A stretch of DNA of 64,000 nt from the NCBI RefSeq assembly GCF_004010195.1, contig NC_057718.1:47823803-47887802 (forward strand), read 5' to 3'. A program made the translations under genes and the position numbers. The number at the start of each line of letters is the position of its first letter. Position 1 is the first letter of the stretch. Source of the DNA: Chiloscyllium plagiosum. Its lineage: Eukaryota. Positions 49,490 through 61,168 of the stretch are shown here, piece after piece. The notes below the pieces were generated by a model, which was not told the DNA's origin, did no database searches, and saw only the letters and a program-made list of their open reading frames with translations.

Positions 49490-51540
49490 TCTAGTTCCAT
49501 TGAATATCCCTTGAATATTTTTATTCTGCCAGCAAAGTTTTTTTTTGTTTCTGCATTTTGCCCCTTTTGGGCACATTCTTTGGCTATAAAATAGTTTGTT
49601 GTGACCGCCCTCTATTATGTCATAGTGTGCAAGACTCTTTGTGTTGCAGCTTTCTGCAGTTTTTTTTTCCCGTTTAAATAATTCTTTATTTTTCCTGTTT
49701 TCTCTTCCAAAATGAATAAATTCATATTTTCCCACATTACACACCATTTCCAATTTTTTGCCTACCACTTAACCTATCAATTCCTCTCTTTCAGTTGTTT
49801 TATCCCTCTCATAACCTACCTTGCCACTTATTTTTGTGTCAAGTGCATATTTAACTGCTTTCCTCCACCAAGTCATTAATTTTTGGGAAAGCAAATCTTA
49901 GCAGGACTTATACACTTAATGGTAAGGTCCTAGGGAGTGTTGCTGAACAAAGAGACCTTGGAATGCAGGTTCATAGCTTGTTGGAAGTGGAGTCGCAGGT
50001 AGATAGAATAGTGAAGAAGGCGTTTGGTATGCTTTCCTTTATTGGTCAGAGTATTGAGTACAGGAGTTGGGAGGTCATGTTGCAGCTGTACAGGACATTG
50101 GTGAGGCCACTGTTGGAATGTTGCTTGCAATTCTGGGTCTCCTTCCTATCAGAAAGATGTTGTGAAAATTGAAAGGATTCAGGAAAGATTTACAAGGATG
50201 TTGCCAGGGTTGGAGGATTTGAACAGGCTGGGGCTGTTTTCCCTGGAGCATCGGAGGCTGTGGGGTGACCTTGTAGAGGTTTACAAAATTATGAGGGGCA
50301 TGGATAGGATAAATAGGCAAAGTCTTTTCCCTGGGGTCGGGGAGTCCAGAACTAGAGGGCATAGGTTTAGGGTGAGAGGGGTAAGATATAAAAGAGACCT
50401 AAGGGGCAACTTTTTCATGCAGAGGGTGGTACATGTATGGAATGAGCTGTCAGAGGATGTGGTGGAGGCTGGTACAATTGCAACATTTAAGAGGCATTTG
50501 GATGGGGATATGAATAGGAAGGGTATGAAGGGATATGGGCCGGGTTCTGGCAGGTGAGAGTAGATTGGGTTGGGATATCTGGTCAGCATGGACAGGTTGG
50601 ACCGAAGGGTCTATTTCTATGATGTACATCTCTATGACTCCATAAAATGTAAACAGTTGTGGTCCCAACACTGATCCCTGTGAAATCCCACTGGTCACAG
50701 GTCGTCAACCTGTAAAAGAACCCTTATCCTGAATTGCTCTTTTCTGCTCATTAACCAATTCTCTTACCCACGCAATGCACTCCCTCCAACACTGTGGGCT
50801 CTTATGACTTAACCTTTTTGAGGTATCTTGTCAAAAGTCTTCTAAAAGTCCAAATAAAACATGTACTGGTTCCTCTCCTGCCACTTTGGTTGGGACTGCC
50901 CACAAAAACCTCTTTAAAAAAAAATTAGTCAAATGTAATTTCTCTTTCATGAAGCTGTATTAACAATGCATGATTAGATTATGATTTTTCTAATGTTCTG
51001 CTTTTACTTCCTTAATTGATTCCAATACTTTTCCAATGATATATGATAATTGACCGATACTTGTTTTTTTTTGTCTCCCTTTTTAAATATGGACGTCACA
51101 TTGTTGGTTAGCAATAGGTATCTTCTAGTACCTCTCTAGAATCCAAAGATTTTTGGAAAAATTCAACCAATGCATCTACTACCGCTGTCACTACCTTCTT
51201 GAGGATCCCAGGATGCAATTAATTAGGGTCAGGCCTTTAGCCCACATTAGCTTGTCAAATAGTATTTCTCTAGTGATGGTGTGGGTACTTAATTCCTCTG
51301 CTGTATTCTTTAGTATTCATGGGATGTTCAAAATATCTTCCATCATAAAGACTGATGAAAAGTATCCGTTTAACAATTTGACATTTCTCTGTTCCTCATA
51401 ACTATCTCCCCAGATTATTTTTCTAAGGCCCTATATTTACTTTGGCCTCTTATATTTTTCTTATATATTTAAAGAAGCTCTTTTTGTCAGTATTTTTTTA
51501 AATGTTCCTTGCTAGCTTGCCATTGTAGTTTACTTTCTCT
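49490..51540 (-). mobile_element. Old CR1 ORF2 remnant interrupted by a young CR1
   Basis: NVGKYEFIHFGR; MTSGISQGSVLGPQLFT continues across the nested insert. Confidence 0.7.
49880..50643 (+). mobile_element. Young CR1/HER1-type 3' fragment
   Basis: Very similar to 1-517. Confidence 0.9.
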
Positions 51541-52859
51541 CTCTTTCTACTTTTCTCTGCTTGATAGAGAAAAAATATAATCTATTTGACATTCCAGAGA
51601 ATAAGTAATGAATAAAGATTGGAATTGAAAGAAACAGTAATAAAGATTAAAGGCATTTAAAGGTTGGCAATTCCCAGGCCCAGCTAGTTTCTATCCCTGC
51701 ATTTTAAAGAAACAGTTAAGGAATTTATCAAACTGCTGTGAATTTAGGAATTATTCTTAATTTTGGAAAATTTCGAAGTTCCATTATTTAAGAAAGATGA
51801 CTGAGACAGCTACAACATTATTGATCTGATCATCTAGCATCTGTTATGGGGAAGTTATTGAAATACTTAAAAAAGGACAGAGATTTGCCCATTGGAAGAA
51901 ATTTGAATTTATCAGAGAGTCAACACACGTTTGTTAAAAGGATCTGAAAACTCGCAGCTAGAGTTCAATATAGACAGGTGTTGCTGAAGGATTTTTGGAC
52001 GTTGAAAGAAATCAGTAAGGTATGTAGCGAGGAGCTTTTCCCTGTGTTGGAGAACTTGGGGCAAGCGGATATAATCTTAAAATCATGGCCAAATCATTCA
52101 CGGAAGAAAGGTGATAGTGTGTGGAACTCTTAAGAGAAAGTCGATGCAAGGTCAGTTTTAAATTTGAGATTTTGGTGAGCCAAGAGATTAAGGTCTGAAG
52201 TGAAGGTGACCAAATGGAGTTAGCATCCATGACTTCATATAATAGTGGAAAAGACTTAAAGGGCTGAAGGCATTATTTTTATTCCTAACTGAACATTAGG
52301 AAGACCAAATTGTTTTTTAGTCTTTACCAAAAACTCTGCTCTCTTGCCACTGACTCTCACTACCTCCCTTGCCATTTATCTAAGCTGAAGCAGGCTGAAA
52401 CTTTGACATTCTGTTCTCAGGTTAAATCCTGCCCTGTATCATTGACTAAGACTTTGATTTTCGCCCATGCAATATTTTCTGCTTCCATCTTTACTCATCC
52501 TTAATTTCTTACTCTTTCTTGGCTTTGCCTCACCCTAAATTCTTGCAATTTTCACTCATTTCCTCTTTCTGATGCTGGCTTTTAGTGCATCATTCCTTCC
52601 TCAGCTGACCACTAACAGAATCTTCATCTAATTCTATTCTCTGAGACATTACAGTGTCCATTTTCTTTCTCCTCTTAGAAATTCCCTCAGAGCAGAGCTT
52701 TTCAACTAAAAACATCTTCAATCCTAATCTCTTTGCCCAGGCATCAATCTCTTCCTATTTTGTATTTTCTCTCCTTTTAATGTGCATTGGGCTGTTCTCT
52801 ACTGTGAAACTGCTATGTAATTGCTGGTGGTGCTGGATGGTTTGTCCCACTGAAGCAAG

Positions 52860-54697
52860 GAAGGGATGGTAGGTTGAAAGAACCTTGGATGACAAGGGAT
52901 TTGGTCACCTAGTCAAGAGGAAGAAGGAAACTTACTTAAAGCTAAGGAGGAAAGAATCAGATAGCGAGTTACAAGGTAGCCAGGAAGAACTGAAGAATGG
53001 ACTTAGGAGAGCTAGAAGGAGACATGAGAAAGCTTTAACAGGTAGGATTAAGGAAAACCCTAACTTATTCTACACTTGCGTGAAGAAAAAGAGGATGGCC
53101 AGAGTGAGGGTTGGGCCAATCAGGGATAGTGGAGGGAACTTGTACCTGGAGTTGGAGGAGGTAGGGGAGGTCCTTAATAAATACTTTGTTTCAGTATTCA
53201 CTGCTGAGAGGCACCTTGACATTTCTGAGGACAGCGTGAAACAGACTGATAAGCTTGAACAGGTTGATGTTAAGAAGGAGGATATGCTGAAAATTTTGAA
53301 AATCATAAGGATGGATAAATCCCCTGGGCCAGAGGCGCTACCCAAGGTTACTACAGGAAGCAAGGGAAGAGATTGCTGTGCCTTTGGCTACGATCTCTGC
53401 GTTCTCACTGTCCACTGGAGTAGTGCCAGATGATTGGAGGGTGGCACATGTTATTTCCTTGTTCAACAAAAAGTGAGTTGGGATAATCCTGGGAATTACA
53501 GACCAGTCAGTCTCACATCTGTGGTGGGAAAAGTATTGGAGAGAATTCTGACAGACAGGATTTGTGATTACTTGGAAAACCATAATTTCATTCAAGATTG
53601 TCAGCATGGCTTTGTGAGGGGCAGGTCATGCCTCACAAACCTTATTGAATTCATTGAGGATGTGACAAAGGTTCCTCATTCAAAAAGTAAGGAGGCATGG
53701 GATACAGGGAAATCTGGCTGTCTGGATACAGAATTATCTGGCCCACAGAACAGAGGGTGGTAGTAGATTGAAAGTATTCAACCTGGAGCTTGGTGACCAC
53801 CGGTGTTTCACAGGGATCAGTTCTGGGTCCTCTGCTTGTGAATTTTGTAAATGATTTGGATGAGGAAGGGTGTGTTAGTAAATTTGCCATGAAGGTTGGT
53901 GGAGTTGTGGGTAGTGTGGAAGGCTGTTGTGGGTTGCAATGGGACATTGACAGGATGTAAAACTGGAGTGATAAGTGGCAGATGGAGTTCAACCTGGAAA
54001 AGTATGAAGTGATTCATTTTGGAAGGTTGAATCTGAGTGCAGAATTCAAGGTTAAGGGCAGGATTCTTGGCAGTGTAGAGGAACAGAGGGATCTTGGAGT
54101 CCATATCCATAGATCCCTCAAAGTTGCCACCCAAGTTGACAGAGTTGTCAAGAAGGTGTATGGTGTGTTGGCTTTCATTAACAGGCGAGTGAGTTTAAGA
54201 GCCGTGAGGTTATGCTGCAGCTCTGTAGACCCCTGGTTAGACCACATTGAAATATTGTATTCAGTTCTGGTGGCCTCATTATAGGAAAGATGTGGAAGCT
54301 CTCGGGAGGGTGCAGAGGAGATTTACCAGGATGCTGCCTGGACTGGAGGGCATGTCTTATGAAGAAAGGTTGAGGGAGCTAGGCTTTATCTCATTGGAGT
54401 GAAGAAGAATGAAGAAATGGCTATAACGAGGGGGCATAATTTTAAGGTGATTGGAGGAAGGTTTAGGCGAGATGTCAGAGGAGGTTCTTTACAGAGAGTG
54501 TGGTGGGTGCATGGAATGCACTGCCAGCAGTGATAGTAGAGTCAGATACATTAGGGACATTTAAGCGACTCTTGGTTGGCACATGGAAGATAGTGCAATG
54601 AAGGATATGTAGGTTAGTCTGATCTTAGAGTAGGATGAAAGATTGGCACAACATCAAAGGTCAAAGGGCCTGTACTGTGCTTTACAATTCTATGTTC
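52860..54697 (+). mobile_element. CR1 ORF2 fragment (tether-RT-3' UTR), frameshifted
   Basis: NPGNYRPVSLTSVVGKVLE, QHGFVRGRSCLTNLIEF. Confidence 0.9.
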
Positions 54698-54730
54698 GAT
54701 TGGGCACTGGTGGTATAAGTCAACTCTCAA

Positions 54731-55025
54731 ATCATGAAGTCATACAGCACAAAAGCAAACCCTTAGGATCCCAGGTGCACCAACCAGATTCCAATCTGAT
54801 CTAGTCCCATTTGCCAGCATTTGGCCCATACCCCTCTCAACTGCTCCTATTCATATACCTATCAAGATACCTTTTACATGTTGTAATTATAGCCAACCCC
54901 ACACTTCCTTTGGCAGCTCATTCCATACATACACCATCCTTTGGGTGAAACATTTGCCCCTCAGGTCCTTTTTAAATCTTTCCTCTCTCGCCTTAAACCT
55001 CTGTCCTCTAGTTTTGGTTTCCCCC
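54731..55025 (-). mobile_element. CR1 3' end fragment
   Basis: TRGQRFKAREERFKKDLRGKCFTQRMVYVWNELP. Confidence 0.8.
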
Positions 55026-55530
55026 CCACCCCATCCTACCCTCATCCTCCCAGACTGTATCATGACATAGGATCTTTGGTGTCCTAGCCACTGCCACCAA
55101 GACAAGTTAACTGGTCATTCATATCCTTTACCATTGTTTGTCTTTGGCTACAGCATTGCTCTATATGATGAAGTGACAACACTTCAGAAACAGTTAATTG
55201 ATTTTTGCTTTTATCTGACATGTGGCATAGTATTGCTAAATATTATTTGAAACAGAATTGGAGTAAGGATGTCTTCCTGCAATTGTATAGTGCCTTGGTA
55301 TGACCATACTTGGAGTATTTTGTGCCATTTTGGTCTCCTTACTGAAAAAGATATACACATTGTACTTCCCTAATGTGGCAATCTCAGTGCTGGGTCTTTG
55401 TCAGTCTGAACCAGGAAACACAGTTTCAAAATGAGGGGCAGGCCATTTAGGGCAGAGTTTAGGGGAATTTTGTCACTGAGATGGTGTTGAAGTAGAAGTA
55501 GTTAATGCATATTCTGAAAGCCATTTTAGA

Positions 55531-56982
55531 GATAGTCATAGAAATGGGGAAACAGACCCTTCGGTCCAACCCGTCCATACCGACCAGATATCCCAACCCA
55601 ATCTAGTCCCACCTGCCAACACCCGGCCCATATCCCTCCAAACCCTTCCTATTCATATACCCATCCAAATGCCTCTTAAATGTTGCAATTGTACCAGCCT
55701 TCACCGCTTCCTCTGGTGGCTCATTCCATACACGTACCATCCTCTGCGTGAAAAGGTTGCCCCTTCGGTCTCTTTTATACCTTTCCCCTCTCACCCTAAA
55801 CCTATGCCCTCTAGTTCTGGACTCCCTGACCCCAGGGGAAAGACTTTGTCTATTTATCCTATCCATGCCCCTCATAATTTTGTAAACTTCTGTAAGGTCA
55901 CCCCTCAGTCTCCGACGCTCCAGGGAAAACAGCCCCAGCCTGTTCATCCTCAACATGACCTCCCAACTCCTGTATTCAGTACTCTGACCAATAAAGGAAA
56001 GCATACCAAACGCCGCCTTCACTATCCTATCTACTTGTGTCTCCACTTTCAAGGAGCTACGAACCTGCACTCCAAGGTCTCTTTGTTCAGCAACACTCCC
56101 TAGGACCTTACCATTAAATGTATATGTCCTGTTAAGATTTGTTTTCCCAAAAAGCAGCACCTCACATTTATCTGAATTAAACTCCATCTGCCACTTCTCA
56201 GCCCATTGGCCCATCTGGTCAAGATCCTGTTGTAATCTGAGGTAACCCTCTTCGCTGTCCACTACACCTCCTATTTTGGTGTCATCTGCAAACTTACTAA
56301 CTGTACCTCTTTTGCTCACATCCAAATCATTTATGTAAATGACAAAAAGTAGAGGACCCAGCACCTTGTGGCACTCCACTGGTCACAGGCCTCCAGTCTG
56401 AAAAACAACCCTCCACCGCCACCCTCTGTCTTCTACCTTTGAGCCAGTTCTGTATCCAAATGGCTAGTTCTCCCTGTATTCCATGAGATCTAACCTTGCT
56501 AATCAGTCTCCCAAGGCGAACCTTGTCGAACGCCTTACTGAAGTCCATGTAGATCACATCCACTGCTTTGCCCTCATCAATCCTCTATTACTTCTTCAAA
56601 AAAACTCAATCAAGTTTGTGAGACGTGATTTCCCACACACAAAGCCATGTTGACTATCCCTAATCAGTCCTTGCCTTTCCAAATACATGTACATCCTGTC
56701 CCTCCAACAATGTGCCCACCACCGAGGTCAGGCTCACCAGTCTATATTCCCTGGTTTATCCTTACTGCCCTTCTTAAACAGTGGCACCACGTTTGCCAAC
56801 CTCCAGTCTTCCGGCACCTCACCTGTGACTATCGATGATACAAATATCTCAGCAAGAGGCCCAGCAATCACTTCTCTAGCTTCCCACAGAGTTCTCGGGT
56901 ACACCTGATCAGGCCCTGAGCATTTACCCACCTTTACCTGTTTCAAGACATCCAGCACTTTCTCCTCTAATCTGAACATTTC
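55531..56982 (-). mobile_element. Young CR1/HER1-type fragment with RT domain
   Basis: YMDFSKAFDKV, SGVPQG, YINDLD..KFADDTK; internal deletions. Confidence 0.92.
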
Positions 56983-57177
56983 CTTGTTAGTTAAAATTGG
57001 ACATTTATAACTAGACGTATTGTCAGTATGCTACATGTATCTTTGGGGTGATTTGACGTTCTCTTTTTTTTCTCAGCCCAACAAGCTCTCAGGATAAAGT
57101 GTAATTAGCATGTCATTCATCTACTCTTCATTGTGATGGCAGTAATTTGGCTGTAATTGCTTATTGACAGTTTATTT

Positions 57178-57209
57178 GCAACCTCTAGTGGCAGATACTC
57201 AGTAGTGCA
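57178..57209 (-). promoter_or_regulatory. Candidate CTCF site with upstream module
   Basis: Minus strand TGCACTACT-6nt-CTGCCACTAGAGGTTGC. Confidence 0.55.
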
Positions 57210-57546
57210 ACCGTGTCACACTGAAAGCCCTGAATAGTTTAATTATATTCTAGTTTTAAAGTGTTCCATCTTTCCTCCCCTCACCATCTGCTCCCCACAC
57301 TACAAAAAGAAATTCCTGGCAGAACAAAAATAATTAATTTTCGACACTAGAAAGGAATGTGACTATCTGATTGGAGGTCTGGACTTGGAGTCTGATCAAA
57401 CAGACAGGTTTTTGTTTTTTTCTATCTAATTAAACAGTTTAGATTTGCAATGACCAGATGTCTGGTTCTCAAAGGAACAAGTTAGTCTCAGTAGTTTTCC
57501 ATTGTAAAGCAACATTTCCATTTAAAGTTCTGTCGAGTTCTGAAGA

Positions 57547-57720
57547 CAGGATCAAAATCCTGGAACTCCCTCCCTTAATGGCATTGTGGATGTGCCTACA
57601 TTAAATGGATTTTAGCAGTTCAAGAAGGCAGCTCACCACCATCTTCTGGAGACCAACTAGGGATGTGCAATAAATGCTGATCTAACCAGCGATACACACA
57701 TCCTGTGTGAATAAAAAATA
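57547..57720 (+). mobile_element. 3' tail of a non-LTR retroelement
   Basis: WNSLP-coding end, gttcaagaaggcagctcaccacca, aataaatgctg, A-rich end. Confidence 0.6.
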
Positions 57721-58472
57721 TTAATTGGTCCTGAAACGTTAATTGTTTTTCTCTGTCTCTCTCCTCACAGATGCTCCCATATCTGTTGAATTTCTTATTT
57801 AAAATATTTTTATTTCTGATCTTCAGTGTCTATATTGTTTTGCTTTATTTTGAAAGTGTCTGATCTGTACCTTCATCCCTACCTATTCATTGTCTTTTCA
57901 GCAAATTGATAGAATAAACAATGAAATATATATATGTTTAGATCAATGTTTGTTAGTACTAGAGTCGAAATTGTAGGGACAATCAGGTGGTATCTTAAAT
58001 GCTGTTTGCAGTGACACCATCTATTTGTTTATTAAATATGTCATGCACATGTTATCATGACCATTAAACGTTCTATCACACTTCATAAGGTAGAAGAATT
58101 GACGATGTAACAATTGTTCTGCAGCAAGAGGCATTGCTAAGCCATTTCAGAAGGCAGTAAAAATTTGCAATGGTTGCATGGTTCATGTTAACCAGATTCT
58201 TGCTGGCTTTTGTTCACCTGGCTTCCCCAAAGCCATGTTAGCAATGCACAGAATGTGGTAGTGGCATAGTCACTTTCTGCAGTCTATCCTGTCACAGCTA
58301 GGGGAAGTCACTGGCGTTGCATGGTGGTCTTGTACTTTGTATAATCATTCTGAAGATCGAAAGTAAAACATCAGCAAAAATTTCTTCAAGCTGTTCAATG
58401 CTTATGTATTGAAATGTCATCAGGTGGCAGATATTTGTTTTAATTGATATTTCTCTTTTCTGGTATTTTAAG

Positions 58473-58679
58473 GGAAACCATGATATGGCCGGAGATCTTT
58501 ACCATGGCTTGTTGACGCAGGTGGCTTCCGAACATTTTTACTTCTGGATAAACAGTTTGAAGGAATTCTCGAGAGCAGAGCAATGTCTGGCTGGCCTACA
58601 GGACAGTGAATCCAGTGTTGCACTAGCCCGTATTGCTGAAGCTTTAAAATATTATCAGAGGGGCATAGCTTCATTGACA
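58473..58679 (+). CDS. INTS7: INTS7 exon 13
   Basis: GNHDMAGDLYHGLLTQVASEHFYFWINSLKEFS...GIASLT; GTGAGT donor. Confidence 0.96.
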
Positions 58680-59983
58680 GTGAGTTGAAGTCAAAATGAA
58701 TATGTCAAATGAATTTGCTTTAGCAGCATTCCAACTTGTTTGGTTTATTTTGTTACAGAATAGACAGTTAACAACTGTTTTATCAACTCCTCTGATGGCA
58801 TTGCAGTTAGTGGACATGTCATATGTTGGTTGTTCAATTATAAGACAAGATATATTGGACTATATAAAACCTTTCAGAAATTTATTCACATGTACTTTTC
58901 AGAAAAACAATCTAAACACCACTTATCATTCATGAAAACTAGTTTAAGTGCAATGTAATTTATGGGAATTTTTTTTTTGATGGGTTTGCTCTAACGTAGG
59001 ATTTTTGGTTAGTGGAAGTGATACTGAAAAAATTAGTTGAAATAAAATGCTCTAATGCCATGAATCCTGGAAGACTGAGGGAAGCCAGAGAGTCAGTAGA
59101 GAATCTGACCCAACTTTCAAACATTTTTCTATATGTGCATGATGACTGTTAGAAATTTTGGTTTGGTGTTGGTGTCTGCTTGGGTTCAATGAGGTTGGTT
59201 GTTCTGCTAAGCATCCTTTTGAGGAGTCAACTCTAGCTGCCTTACTTCTACTCACGTGATTATCAATAATGCCCCCTCGTGGCATCCAACTGGATGTTCC
59301 TGCTTTTTGTGCATCATTCTGTCAAATGGATTAACCAGATATGGTCAGATATGATTTGTTGTGCTGCTTAACTTAACATTGGATGAATGTATAAGGTAAT
59401 TATTCTGACTGTAGTTTCTGAATTCAGTCTATCTCATTTAGCTACCTGTAATAGTTCAAATAAAGGAACATGTGGCAGTACAAACAAGGCATTTAACTTA
59501 TTTCCAGTACTTCTAACTTCTGCCAGAGTGAGACCCAACCCCCCCCCCCATTGTTTTCAGTTTAACTGGCCTGACTGCTTTTCAGTTTTCTTGTGTTTTT
59601 AAGTGATTTCTTATTTTCATAAACCACTTGAACAGACCGTGTTTTGAGAAAAGTGAAATCCTTCCATCTCCAAAATAAGCAAAATACCATGTAAAGACTG
59701 CCACAAATATTACATAGGGCAAACCAGAGGAAAACAAGCCATCAGGGTACACGAACACCAACTAGCCACCAAGAGACATGATCAACAATCACTTGTGTCC
59801 ATACATAAGGACAAAAAAGGATACCAATTTAACTGGGACAATGTATCCATCCAGGACAAGCCAAACAAAGACATGAACGGGAATTGCTGAAGGTCTGGCA
59901 CTCAATCCAGAACTCCATTAACAAACATGTAGAGTTAGACCCCATATACCAACCACGAAGAAACAAAACTGGAAATGATGCCA

Positions 59984-60626
59984 GCGCTGAAAATGTGTTG
60001 CTGGAAAAGCACAGCAGGTCAGGCAGCATCCAAGGAACAGGAGAATCAACGTTTCGGGCATAAGCCCTTCTTCAGGAATGAGGAAAGTGTGCCCAGCAGG
60101 CTAAGATAAAAGGTAGGAAGGAGGGACTTAGGGAGGGGCGTTGGAAATGCGATAGGTGGAAGGAGGTCAAGGTGAGGGTGATAGGCCGGAGTGGGGTGGG
60201 GGTAGAGAGGTCAGGAAGAAGATTGCAGGCTAGGAAGGCAGTGCTCAAAAGACCACTCCCTCCGTGACTCCCTCGTCAAGTCCACACCCCCACCAACCTA
60301 ACCTCCACTCCCGGCACCTTCCCCCGTGACACTGCGCCTGCACAGCTCATGGCCACGTGTTGGCCTGCTGGACCCCCCCCACCCCACTCCGGCCTATCAC
60401 CCTCACCTTGATCTCCTTCCACCTATCGCATTTCCAACGCCCCTCCCCCAAGTCCCTCCTCCCTACCTTTTATCTTAGCCTGCTGGGCACACTTTCCTCA
60501 TTCCTGAAGAAGGGCTTATGCCCGATCATCTATTCTCCTGTTCCTTGGATGCTGCCTGACCTGCTGCGCTTTTCCAGCAACACATTTTCAGCTCTGATCT
60601 TCAGCACCTGCAGTCCTCACTTTCTC
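59984..60626 (+). mobile_element. Young fold-back PLE insert
   Basis: ~215-bp near-perfect inverted arms; perfect 15-bp TSD CTGGAAATGATGCCA at 59969-59983 and 60627-60641. Confidence 0.85.
60044..60079 (-). ncRNA. Minimal hammerhead ribozyme motif (PLE-associated)
   Basis: AUUC-CUGAAGA-A-GGGC-UUAU-GCCC-GAAA-CG-UU-GAUU. Confidence 0.6.
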
Positions 60627-60973
60627 CTGGAAATGATGCCACCCATCTCGACAAACTGGGACAAGCAAATAGCAAGCAGGATAGAACCCCGACACTTCAC
60701 TGGAGGCGCACTGATGATATTACCTAGTATGATGATGAAATGTCTGCATACAAACTTATCAGCTCAGCAGCAAGTCAACAACCTCATCCATAACCTGAGC
60801 TATAAGTCGTCTTAAGAACTTTAAGCCATTGCTATCTGATTTAGTTTTAGCATCCTATTTAAAGCAATTTTTCAAAATGTGAAGCAAACTTGCTGATTTA
60901 ATATAAAAAGCTTATAGAGTAATTTGAGACCTTGACAGTTACTAAATTATGTTAAATATGATATTATTTTCAG

Positions 60974-61168
60974 GCTGCGAGCACACCTTCCAACCCCTTG
61001 ACATTTCAGTGTGAATTTGTCAAACTGCGGATTGACATGCTGCAGGCATTCTCTCAGTTGATTTGTACCTGTAACAGCCTGAAAACCAGTCCTCCACCTG
61101 CGATTGCTACAGCAATTGCTATGGCATCCGGAAATGATTTACAGAGGTGTGGCCGCATTACCAACCAG
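60974..61168 (+). CDS. INTS7: INTS7 exon 14
   Basis: AASTPSNPLTFQCEFVKLRIDMLQAFSQLICTCNSLKTSPPPAIA...GRITNQ; GTATGT donor. Confidence 0.96.

Larger units (their letters stand above)
59680..60815 (+). mobile_element. Penelope-like element 3' part (GIY-YIG), interrupted at 59984-60626
   Basis: KIPCKDCHKYYIGQT..RVHEHQ..FNWDN..NSINKHVELDPIYQP; terminus with CTGATGA..GAAATGTC at 60711-60744. Confidence 0.8.
15794..61168 (+). other. INTS7: INTS7 (Integrator subunit 7) gene span, coding exons 1-14; remaining exons lie right of the window
   Basis: 14 exons splice into a 2007-nt open frame, MALAASRPFLSEGGYGEQEMDANSALMELDKGLRSGKLGEQCEAVVRFPRLFQKYPFP..., matching vertebrate INTS7 as I recall it. Confidence 0.97.
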
